From NCBI GenBank assembly GCA_026770705.1, contig JANJGN010000032.1:16554001-16618000 (forward strand): DNA of 64,000 nucleotides, given 5' to 3'. The position numbers and the translations under genes were made by a program. Shown here one piece after another: positions 54,501-60,136 of the stretch. The notes beneath the pieces are model-generated. The model was not told the DNA's origin and did no database searches. It saw only the letters and a list, made by a program, of their open reading frames with translations. Source of the DNA: Isurus oxyrinchus (taxonomy: Eukaryota). Numbering within the stretch: position 1 is the first letter of the stretch; each line of letters starts with the position of its first letter.

Positions 54501-57500
54501 GTGGGGCCCGCTCGCCGACACACAAAATGCCGTGTGGTGACATCAGGCAGAACTCCTGACGTCACCGCGCCCCATTTAAATTTTCAGGTAGGCAGACGTT
54601 CAGCAAAATCAGCTGTGCGGCTGCCGACCTGTCAATGGCTAATTGAGGCCATTGACAGAGTCATTAAAGTAATTAATGGACCTGCCTGTCCAACCTTAAG
54701 GTTGGTGGGCAGGCCAGGAGCCCTGGCGGGCATTAAAAAAAGCATGAAACCTCAACCATGGGTGGGATGAGGTTTCACGTAGGTTTTTAAAAATTTAATT
54801 AAAGTGTTTTTAAAAGTTATGGACATGTCCCAACTCATGTGACAGTGTCACATGAGGGGACATGTCAGGGAATATTTTTTTCTCTATTTTTAATGTTTTC
54901 AATGTGCAACAGATCTCCCTGAGGCAGCACTTTGCCTCGGAGATGAGTGCGTTCATTCGTGTGCGTGCGCGAAAGAGCACACTCTTAGGCTTAGGGATTC
55001 CCTCCCACCCGCCCAGGGAGCACGCAGCACTTTTGTGCAGACATCACATTGGGTGGGCCTTATCTGGCCTGCCCACGTTAAATGGCGGCGCTCCCCCAAT
55101 CGGGGTACCGATCGGCATGCCTCCGCACGCCTGATCTTCAACTCTCCCCCCCCCAGCCCCCCAACAGGGGGAGAATTCTGCCCCTGGAGTTTTCTGACGC
55201 CCTTTCTTTAAACTCTGGACAGAACACCAACAACTAAATTGTTTTTTTTCCCATAATCTTTTCACAGTCAACCAAAGGTTGAAGATACATTTAAGTGTTC
55301 TTTAGAAACATCTTGACCAGCTTCTGTTTCTCTTTTGCGCCATGGGCTTTCAACCTTTCTGGTGTAACTGCAAACCAATAGTCTGGCAGTCTTCCCCGCT
55401 TCACATGATGCATATTAGTCAAGCTATGATACAAATGACTTTTGCGTAGGATTCTCAACTTTAATACAGAAGAACATAGGGTTTTTCTCACTCTTTCCCC
55501 TCTGTTGATGGAAACTTGCCTTCAGTGGATCCTTTAAGTTTGCTACAGAAAGCGTGTATGTCTGGTTGACAAAATTATCTTTTTCACTCACTTCCTCCAT
55601 GACAGATTTTGTCGTTTCATTGTTTTGATCCACACAAGATGAATACACCTGCACTGAGGGAGTTTTCCTCTCTTTGCTTAAATCATTTTCCATCTTATCC
55701 AAGAGATATGCTACAGCCTTCTGCACATGTTCATATCCTTCTTGCTGACGCTTGGAAAATGGAATCTTCATCTCCATTTCTTCCACAATTTCATCCAAAT
55801 ATTTGTTTAATCTCTTATTTTCCAACTCTTTTCCAAGTGTGTTAATCTTTCCATTCAGCTCAGCAACAGCTCTGGTGAATTCAGCTGTCTTTGTCTCAGA
55901 GTCATCTGCGGAACCCTTAAACAAGCTTAACAACTTCACATGGACATTCAGTTCATTTCGGAATCTTACCTCCATGAGCACTGACTGGTCCTTAGACTTT
56001 TTCAATTCTCCCATTAGATCCTCGATCTGCTTCTTCAAATTTTCGTTAGCTGCTTTTAAAGTCTGGATCTGCTCTCCCATACCGTACATCTCATCCTTTT
56101 TATTTTCCAGCTTGCATTGGGGTTCAAGCATTTCATTGCTCTTTTCATGACAAAGTTCCAACAGTTCATCAGTCTTGGGTTTTAATTTGGCACTCAATCA
56201 TTGATTCTTCAGCAATCCCTTTTTCTGTTCAAGGCATTTTTCACAATATTTAAGTTTTAATTGAAGACCTATCTTCTTTGAATTTGCTCCAAATATTTAT
56301 CATTTAGACATTTCAAGTCCTCATTCAAGTGTACTACTTCCTTTGACCAACACTCAAGTGTTCTCACCAGTTCTCGTTTGCATTAGCAAACCCCTCTTTT
56401 GTTGGAGCAAGTTGGTTCTCCATACTGATTAGCCTTTCCTGCATTTGCTCGTTATCAGCAATAAGTTTGTGTTTGGCCGCAGTAATTTTGGGAGGGTTTG
56501 GCAAGGTCAGCATGATCAAGCACTGCTGCAACACAGTTGTCACCATGTTACCATCTATGCTGGCCAAATCGTTACCCAATCTAAAATCTACCCCTTCAGT
56601 AGACAGATGGAGCATGTCCATGCGTTGTGCCTTTTTCAATGAAACAAAAGCTTGGGGGAGGGTGCAGCCATTCCCTGGTTCATCCCCCATGGTAATGCTG
56701 TGACCAATCAGAGTTGACCTGCCTGGTTTGAATTTGAACAAAAGCTTGGCAGTTAACTGTTCCCTGGTACATTCTCCATGGCAATGCCTCTACCAATCAG
56801 AGAGCACTTGCCAACCAATCAGCACCCTCTTCTCATGCAGTATAAATTGTTGTTCCCTTTACTATTGATATTCTTGCGAACTGTCCTGATGACTGCAAGA
56901 CAAAATACTTTGACAGCATGTCTGTCTTTTTCAGCATTACAGATTTAAACTGTTAATGCTTACGAGCTTGTCCCTGAAGCATAAGTACTGCAGTGTTAAC
57001 CACCTCATCATCTGAGGATCATTCTTCCGAAAAGCTAGAATAGACATTCATGACCTTCCAGATCAAAGCACTTTGCAAAATTAGAGTCCACGTGTCCTTT
57101 GGCCATTTTAACTTTGTAGCTGCCTTTAAAAACAGGATAAAATACCTCTCAACTCCACCTTCAGTGATTTTAGGCACTATGCGAAGACTCTTTGTAATAT
57201 CAAAGCTGAGTCAGACTCAATTCCTCATTTGAACTACTAGACTCTCTTTTCACTTTGCAACCTAAGCTTTTCTATCTCAAGCTGCTTCATTTGCAGTTGA
57301 ATTCTAGCTAACTCAAGCTGTGTTATACCTGTCAGGCTTTTCTTCTAGTTCCAAATGCCACGCTATTACCGCAATTATTTCTGCTTTCTTAGCCCTGCTT
57401 TTAACTTTAACTTCAACTTTTTTGATAATGTGATTAGCCTAGCCCTGGTTAATTGTTACAAATCACTCTTGGATAAATCTTCCCTCTCCAGAAAAGTCAT

Positions 57501-60136
57501 AGCAATTGACAAAGCCATTCTGCTTTTCAATCAGTATAGTAAAATTCACCATGGAAATCCTATCAACCTTAACCTCAGCCAGTACCAGCACTTGTATTTG
57601 CCTGTGGATTCGAATTCCCACAATAGCCCATAATTTGTGTTCCTGGACCATACCCCCAAATGTTTGGTACAATCCAGTTAGGGACCAGTAACTTTTTTAT
57701 TTAAGAGTTTGAGATTCAAGACACTTGCTAAGAGAATAAAGTCACAAGATTCCATGGGTTCTGAGCAAACAAAAATTAACTTTACTCTGCAGGGTTGGAA
57801 TGATGAAACAATTTATAATATCTATCTCCTACTCTAACATTCAGGGTTAATATGTGGTACATGTGTATTAACAGGCAAATTGTGGTCAAACACAACACAC
57901 TGAACAATAAATGGCAGATGTGACCAAGATAGATTCCACGGATTTCTCAACAACCCACCCAGACATCAGTAAACAGAGTCAACCAATCTTGTTGAAACTC
58001 TGTCTCTCTCGTGAAGGAATCCAGTCTTCAGCTTTGAAGATCTTGCCTTGGGATTCTCGCAAAAGTCGCTCCAACTCGGACAGCCTACCTTGCAGGGTTT
58101 CAACCTTGTCTCCTGAAACTCTGTTCCCCTGGATTCCCGAGTTTGCATTCAGGCATCAAATCACAAGCACTACTTCAGCTCTTCAGTCTGAGCAGAATAC
58201 CACTACTTCAAAAGGTTACCTTTGCCCCAATGACCTACAGCATGGAGTAACCAACGTCTCCCATTGGGACCTCTCCCTGCCCCCTGCTTAGGGCTCTCCT
58301 CCCATTACGGCACTGTGCTCCCGATCACGTAAAATTTTTTTCGCGCCTTTTTTGCTTCACGTAGGTGCACTGGGCCCGTTCTCACCCTGGACAACTACAA
58401 AGCGCTGGGGTTGCGTATGTGCTACCCACTCAGGGTCCGCGCATGCGCAGAACTCCCGGAGTATGCTGGGAGTTGTAGTTTCCGACCCCCTGGTGACGAT
58501 ATGGTAAGTTTGGATCTGTAACACATTGCATCTATTCAATTCATTTACTGTTTGGTGGTTTATGGCCTCAGCCTTAGGTTGAGATCTTAGGAAGGGATTA
58601 GTGCAATAGCTTTGTTTTGTTAATTTAGCAGGTGGTTACTTAGATCTCAAAGCAAGGATATGGGACTTGCCCATGAGAGTGATCCAAGATGTACATGATA
58701 GCTAAAATAAAAAGTAAGATGGTTAGAAAAGATGCAAAAATATAACTGGGAGTGAGGATCACCTATGGAGTGGTCTGAGGCATCGAACCCAAGAAAAATA
58801 TTTAGAGTAACAATCCTTAAAATGTAATATTCCTTTTGTCCAAAAGTGTACAAATGTCACAGTAAATAATACTTGCCACTGCAAAAGATGTATCGGTGAC
58901 ATAGTGAAAAGGGTGCAATTCTGGCTCAATCCTGACCGACCCTCCTTGGCTGTACTCTTGTTGAGTTTTGTCTTTGACAGTATAGCTCCCTCAGCTCTCA
59001 GAAATGCACAGCTTTTAATTGAAGCATGGAGTTTCATCAATACTGAAAATTTTGGGAACTCTATAGTTTTATGAAAGGGGGATGTACAAGGAGTGGCAAG
59101 AGAAGTACAAGATCAGAAGCTAAGTTTGTTTTTGTTTTTTCTAGAATCGAGGTGTTTATATGTTTCGGATTAATAATGAACATGTGATTGATGCTACTTT
59201 AACCGGAGGCCCAGCCAGGTAAGTGACCATTTCTGTTGTGATGGCATCAACAAGAATGATTTGAGAATTGGATTGAAATAATTTTATATGGTAATAATTA
59301 ATGTTTATGGTAATTGACAAGCAAGGGTTTTGAATCTTTTGTAACACCTTGTAAGGATGTGAAACTTTTATCCCCTTGGTAGTCGCTGTTCCCTTTCCTT
59401 GCTGCCCCAATCTATACAGCCTTTGTGTCCAAGAGAACAGTGAGAAATCTACTTTCAGGCCATCAACAGTCTCGCCATAGGGGTGACCTTGAATGGAAAT
59501 GACATTATTTGAATAGTAGTGACATTGTGATTTATTTCATGTTCTTCATTTTACAGTTTGTTGTATTCTGAAAGTCCATACTTGACTACATTTTTTTCCT
59601 CCTCTTGTATTTTTGTACTGTTAAGTTGTTCTTTTTCTCTTTTTTTAAAAAAATACACTTAGAATCTTTCTCTCCTGTGCAGATATATCAATCATTCCTG
59701 TGCCCCCAACTGTGTGGCAGAGGTTGTGACCTTTGACAAGGAGGACAAAATAATCATTATCTCAAGCAGACGAATTCCAAAAGGAGAGGAGGTGAGTGGA
59801 AAACAGAGAAAACTAAAAGTTATTACATACTTGGCTGAGGAAATAATGTGGATAACTTAAATGAAAAGGTTTACAGCTGAACATTGCACAGTCTAAAATC
59901 GTCTATGTAAAGTTACGGAAAATTTATTTTACTCAGCTGGGAAGGCTTAACTACTACAGAATCAAAAATATATCAGTTGATGTCTGAATGTTGACTGTTC
60001 ATTGAACATTTTCTGTCTTAATAATGTTTTTTTCTTTCTTTAGCTGACTTATGACTATAAGTTTGATTTTGAAGACGATCAGCACAAGATTCCATGTCAT
60101 TGTGGAGCTCTCAACTGCAGAAAGTGGATGAACTAA
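6433..60136 (+). CDS. KMT2D: Histone-lysine N-methyltransferase 2D, 3' part (21 coding exons; the 5' exons lie upstream of the window)
   Basis: All exons have AG/GT boundaries with matching phases, 7997 coding nt in total. KMT2D-diagnostic peptides: [95 protein letters not shown]. The protein ends [13 protein letters not shown]. Confidence 0.96.
6803..6890 (+). CDS. KMT2D: KMT2D exon ([12 protein letters not shown]...GNSQ)
   Basis: tttag acceptor, gtactt donor, phase 2 to 0; [11 protein letters not shown] matches KMT2D. Confidence 0.92.
8716..8782 (+). CDS. KMT2D: KMT2D exon ([22 protein letters not shown])
   Basis: ttccag(cag) acceptor, gtaagt donor; RPNPPTF motif; alternative start at 8719. 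Confidence 0.9.
8920..10065 (-). mobile_element. CR1 ORF2 fragment (endonuclease and linker)
   Basis: Minus-strand ORFs with LAEVDW...[19 protein letters not shown]. Confidence 0.8.
11382..11614 (+). CDS. KMT2D: KMT2D exon, coiled coil ([11 protein letters not shown]...QKQLDQ)
   Basis: ttctag acceptor, gtaggg donor; nearly identical to the KMT2D coiled-coil segment. Confidence 0.97.
11740..12915 (+). mobile_element. 5'-truncated CR1 LINE (RT to 3' tail)
   Basis: [25 protein letters not shown]; tail ctctatgactctatga. Confidence 0.93.
13400..13905 (-). mobile_element. CR1 3' fragment
   Basis: Reverse-strand CR1 3' end; same subfamily as 22285-22772. Confidence 0.75.
14071..18489 (+). CDS. 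KMT2D: KMT2D giant Gln/Gly-rich exon (4419 nt; [12 protein letters not shown]...GNSE)
   Basis: ttttag acceptor, gttagt donor; open over 1473 codons; conserved ends [11 protein letters not shown] and LLLQKLLR (LxxLL). Confidence 0.95.
15841..16653 (+). repeat. Coding tandem repeat, about 22 units of 33-39 bp (QG[T/P]VG[M/I]GQQ..)
   Basis: Repeated caaggc(a/c)cagtggggatgggacagcaa units read directly from the sequence. Confidence 0.95.
19589..19741 (+). CDS. KMT2D: KMT2D exon ([10 protein letters not shown]...LMKQLQQ)
   Basis: tttacaag acceptor (alternative tttcag giving a start at 19604), gtacca donor; basic NLS-like stretch; phase 0 to 0. Confidence 0.85.
19905..21165 (+). mobile_element. 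CR1 3' fragment interrupted by a second LINE
   Basis: [12 protein letters not shown] before about 20000; the CR1 3' sequence resumes at about 20915. Confidence 0.75.
20016..20910 (+). mobile_element. 5'-truncated non-LTR retrotransposon (CR1/L2 group), RT C-terminus and tail
   Basis: [34 protein letters not shown]; tail gcaataaatgctggc..cacatcccatgaacgaa. Confidence 0.85.
21656..21820 (+). CDS. KMT2D: KMT2D exon ([10 protein letters not shown]...DYYSQLLYK)
   Basis: ccctag acceptor, gtaaat donor; LSLLPL.EP and DYYSQLL conserved. Confidence 0.95.
22285..22772 (-). mobile_element. CR1 3' fragment
   Basis: Colinear with 13400-13905. Confidence 0.75.
23343..23484 (+). CDS. KMT2D: KMT2D exon ([24 protein letters not shown]...)
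   Basis: tttag(cag) acceptor, gtatga donor; invariant Pro-rich motif. Confidence 0.95.
23695..25625 (+). mobile_element. CR1 RT fragment with deletions and a MITE insertion
   Basis: [45 protein letters not shown]. Confidence 0.9.
24561..25211. mobile_element. MITE of the same family, inserted in a CR1 RT region
   Basis: Same TIRs and internal sequence as 54471-55183; CR1 sequence resumes on both sides. Confidence 0.8.
25640..25922 (-). mobile_element. tRNA-derived SINE
   Basis: Minus strand TGGCGCAGTGG (A box) and GGTTCAAGTCC (B box). Confidence 0.65.
26040..26575 (+). mobile_element. Old CR1 3' fragment
   Basis: ctggagtattgtgttcaattc..., ttatgaggaaaggttg, ggggctgaatggcctattcctg. Confidence 0.7.
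27756..30450 (-). mobile_element. Penelope-like element: RT and GIY-YIG remnant with an inverted duplicate of the 3' end
   Basis: Minus strand: [29 protein letters not shown] and GYIDD. Plus strand from about 29657: [19 protein letters not shown]. Termini are inverted; flanking direct repeat tcttggaaca at 27746-27755 and 30451-30460. Confidence 0.9.
30663..30744 (+). CDS. KMT2D: KMT2D exon (DLLTTELK...[12 protein letters not shown])
   Basis: cacag acceptor, weak gttttt donor; LPTPPHNQ conserved; phases fit both neighbours. Confidence 0.85.
31226..31545 (+). mobile_element. tRNA-derived SINE with LINE-derived tail
   Basis: Head tgacgtagtggtaatatcactgga; tail gggcaattaggg..caataaatgctggccttgccagc..cacatcccatg. 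Confidence 0.8.
31688..31866 (+). CDS. KMT2D: KMT2D exon (…[11 protein letters not shown]…[11 protein letters not shown])
   Basis: aacag(tag) acceptor, gttggt donor; conserved peptide. Confidence 0.93.
32826..33205 (-). mobile_element. CR1 3' fragment
   Basis: Reverse CR1 3' UTR (ggagtagaccat..atcatgactgatct..caactccactttcctgcc). Confidence 0.75.
33206..35835 (+). mobile_element. CR1 ORF2, long degenerate copy (endonuclease to RT to 3' UTR)
   Basis: [26 protein letters not shown] motifs, [14 protein letters not shown]. Confidence 0.92.
35846..36432 (-). mobile_element. CR1 RT fragment containing a minisatellite
   Basis: [18 protein letters not shown] on the minus strand. Confidence 0.85.
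36039..36407. repeat. Minisatellite, 10 x 37 bp
   Basis: ttattcctgtactccaatccccttgcaatgaaaatcg units start at 36039, 36076, 36113 and so on to 36372. Confidence 0.95.
37758..37900 (+). CDS. KMT2D: KMT2D exon (VFPDTKP...SGAAAK)
   Basis: ccttag acceptor, gtaaat donor; VFPDTKP and GKG..V.V.L.VS.AAAK conserved. Confidence 0.92.
37972..38182. mobile_element. Palindromic Penelope-terminus remnant
   Basis: Inverted arms; flanking repeat tccatcttaact at 37960-37971 and 38183-38194. Confidence 0.85.
38421..38562 (+). CDS. KMT2D: KMT2D exon (DINRMM...MKIPGSYEV...)
   Basis: ttatag acceptor, gtatgt donor; LL.MKIP.SYEV conserved. Confidence 0.9.
38711..38858. mobile_element. Penelope-terminus remnant
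   Basis: aaatgctggaaatactcag...cagcatctg...gttaacgtttcagg followed by a partial inverted copy. Confidence 0.7.
39808..39948. mobile_element. Possible degenerate MITE
   Basis: Imperfect inverted ends caactttccctctaag ... cttcgaaggaacattg. Confidence 0.35.
40176..40309 (+). CDS. KMT2D: KMT2D exon (…[15 protein letters not shown]…)
   Basis: cttag acceptor, gtatgt donor; W.KQ.D..LPG.TLK conserved. Confidence 0.9.
40455..42005 (+). mobile_element. Relatively young 5'-truncated CR1 LINE
   Basis: Open 286-aa RT C-terminal frame (KFADDTK...[13 protein letters not shown]); [13 protein letters not shown]; ttatg-type tail. Confidence 0.95.
42190..42640 (-). mobile_element. Old L2-like LINE 3' fragment
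   Basis: Minus frame [12 protein letters not shown]...; purine-rich plus strand like 46290-47000. Confidence 0.5.
42762..43857 (+). CDS. KMT2D: KMT2D exon encoding extended PHD (ePHD) and FYRN
   Basis: ttttcag acceptor, gtaaga donor; [36 protein letters not shown]; FRVGGL; [13 protein letters not shown]. Confidence 0.98.
44112..44431 (+). mobile_element. tRNA-derived SINE, same family as 31226
   Basis: A box tggtgtagtg, B box agttcaaatcc; same body and tail. Confidence 0.85.
45839..45975 (+). CDS. KMT2D: KMT2D exon, FYRC
   Basis: ctcag acceptor, gtaaga donor; VWNRILEP...[17 protein letters not shown]. Confidence 0.97.
46290..47000 (-). mobile_element. L2-like LINE 3' fragment
   Basis: Minus [31 protein letters not shown]. 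Confidence 0.75.
47934..48064 (+). CDS. KMT2D: KMT2D exon, end of FYRC and WIN (WDR5-binding) motif GCARSE
   Basis: ctccag acceptor, gtaggt donor; [10 protein letters not shown]...[11 protein letters not shown]. Confidence 0.97.
48933..49101 (+). CDS. KMT2D: KMT2D exon, pre-SET to start of SET
   Basis: taacag acceptor, gtgagt donor; [33 protein letters not shown]. Confidence 0.97.
50644..50788 (-). mobile_element. Penelope-terminus remnant, same subfamily as 424-641
   Basis: Nearly identical to 460-560; flanking repeat ttatgatagaa at 50633-50643 and 50789-50799. Confidence 0.8.
50848..50964 (+). CDS. KMT2D: KMT2D exon, SET-N
   Basis: ccatag acceptor, gtatgg donor; [21 protein letters not shown]. 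Confidence 0.97.
52100..52272. mobile_element. Old, degenerate palindromic Penelope-terminus remnant
   Basis: aaatgctgaaaatg...agtcagtcagc mirrored by gctgactgact...catttt. Confidence 0.5.
52911..53038. mobile_element. Short GC-rich MITE
   Basis: TIR-like ends tggtgggattttc ... gaaaatcccgccc. Confidence 0.6.
53192..54226 (-). repeat. 3' LTR
   Basis: Colinear with 57633-58523 (e.g. cccccaaatgtttggtac, ctaacattcagggttaatatg, aaccaatcttgttgaaactctg, taagtttggatct); adjacent minus-strand PPT AAGGGGAGGGG at about 54225-54235. Confidence 0.9.
54471..55183. mobile_element. MITE with GGGC-starting TIRs (possibly PIF/Harbinger-derived), nested in the LTR element
   Basis: GGGCCAGGATTTTCCC ... GGGAGAATTCTGCCC; colinear with 24561-25211. 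Confidence 0.8.
55688..56546 (-). pseudogene. TPR: Processed, internally deleted fragment of nucleoprotein TPR (N-terminal coiled coil)
   Basis: Peptides [66 protein letters not shown] and [15 protein letters not shown] follow the vertebrate TPR N-terminus in order; no introns; frameshifts and a stop upstream of the 55424-56197 ORF. Confidence 0.9.
56590..56940 (+). mobile_element. Penelope-like element 3' fragment nested between gag and the TPR cargo
   Basis: Repeated CCAATCAG boxes, TATAAA and a decayed hammerhead CTGATGA..CAAAA..GTC at 56886-56922. Confidence 0.6.
56941..57518 (-). pseudogene. Degenerate, 3'-truncated gag (Gmr1-like, SCAN-related capsid N-terminal part)
   Basis: Manual translation with stops and frameshifts: [10 protein letters not shown]...[18 protein letters not shown]...[41 protein letters not shown]...SSDDEVV..AVL, then AYELVPEA in an inverted segment. 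Confidence 0.85.
57604..57630 (-). promoter_or_regulatory. Primer-binding site (tRNA-Leu/Ser-like)
   Basis: Minus strand TGGGCTATTGTGGGAATTCGAATCCAC starts TGG about 2 nt from the LTR; the plus strand resembles a tRNA T-arm plus CCA. Confidence 0.7.
57633..58523 (-). repeat. 5' LTR
   Basis: Second copy, about 130 bp shorter through an internal gap; ends TAACA; the PBS follows directly on the minus strand. Confidence 0.9.
59145..59218 (+). CDS. KMT2D: KMT2D exon, SET-I
   Basis: ttctag acceptor, gtaagt donor; [24 protein letters not shown]. Confidence 0.97.
59683..59791 (+). CDS. KMT2D: KMT2D exon, SET-C (RYINHSC)
   Basis: gtgcag acceptor, gtgagt donor; [10 protein letters not shown]...KGEE. 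Confidence 0.97.
60044..60136 (+). CDS. KMT2D: KMT2D last coding exon, post-SET and stop
   Basis: ctttag acceptor; [30 protein letters not shown] then TAA. Confidence 0.97.
   Translation: MTYDYKFDFEDDQHKIPCHCGALNCRKWMN

Larger units (their letters stand above)
53192..58523 (-). mobile_element. Non-autonomous Gypsy-type (Gmr1-like gag) LTR retroelement carrying a TPR-derived cargo
   Basis: Two homologous direct repeats of about 0.9-1.0 kb; ends TGTTA/TAACA; CATT on both flanks (53188-53191 and 58524-58527); PBS, PPT and gag remnant all on the minus strand; no pol visible. Confidence 0.9.

Noticed and set aside
55424-56197. Functional nested host TPR gene
   Set aside because: Intronless, truncated, preceded by a stop and frameshifts, starts at TTG and sits inside LTRs; treated as a captured pseudogenic copy.
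56692-56940. 9-bp inverted repeat gtaatgctg/cagcattac as DNA-transposon TIRs
   Set aside because: Penelope-like sequence appears to extend left of it to about 56590; probably coincidental.
6433-60136. Assignment as KMT2C
   Set aside because: The Q-rich giant exon and residues such as [18 protein letters not shown] and [22 protein letters not shown] favour KMT2D.
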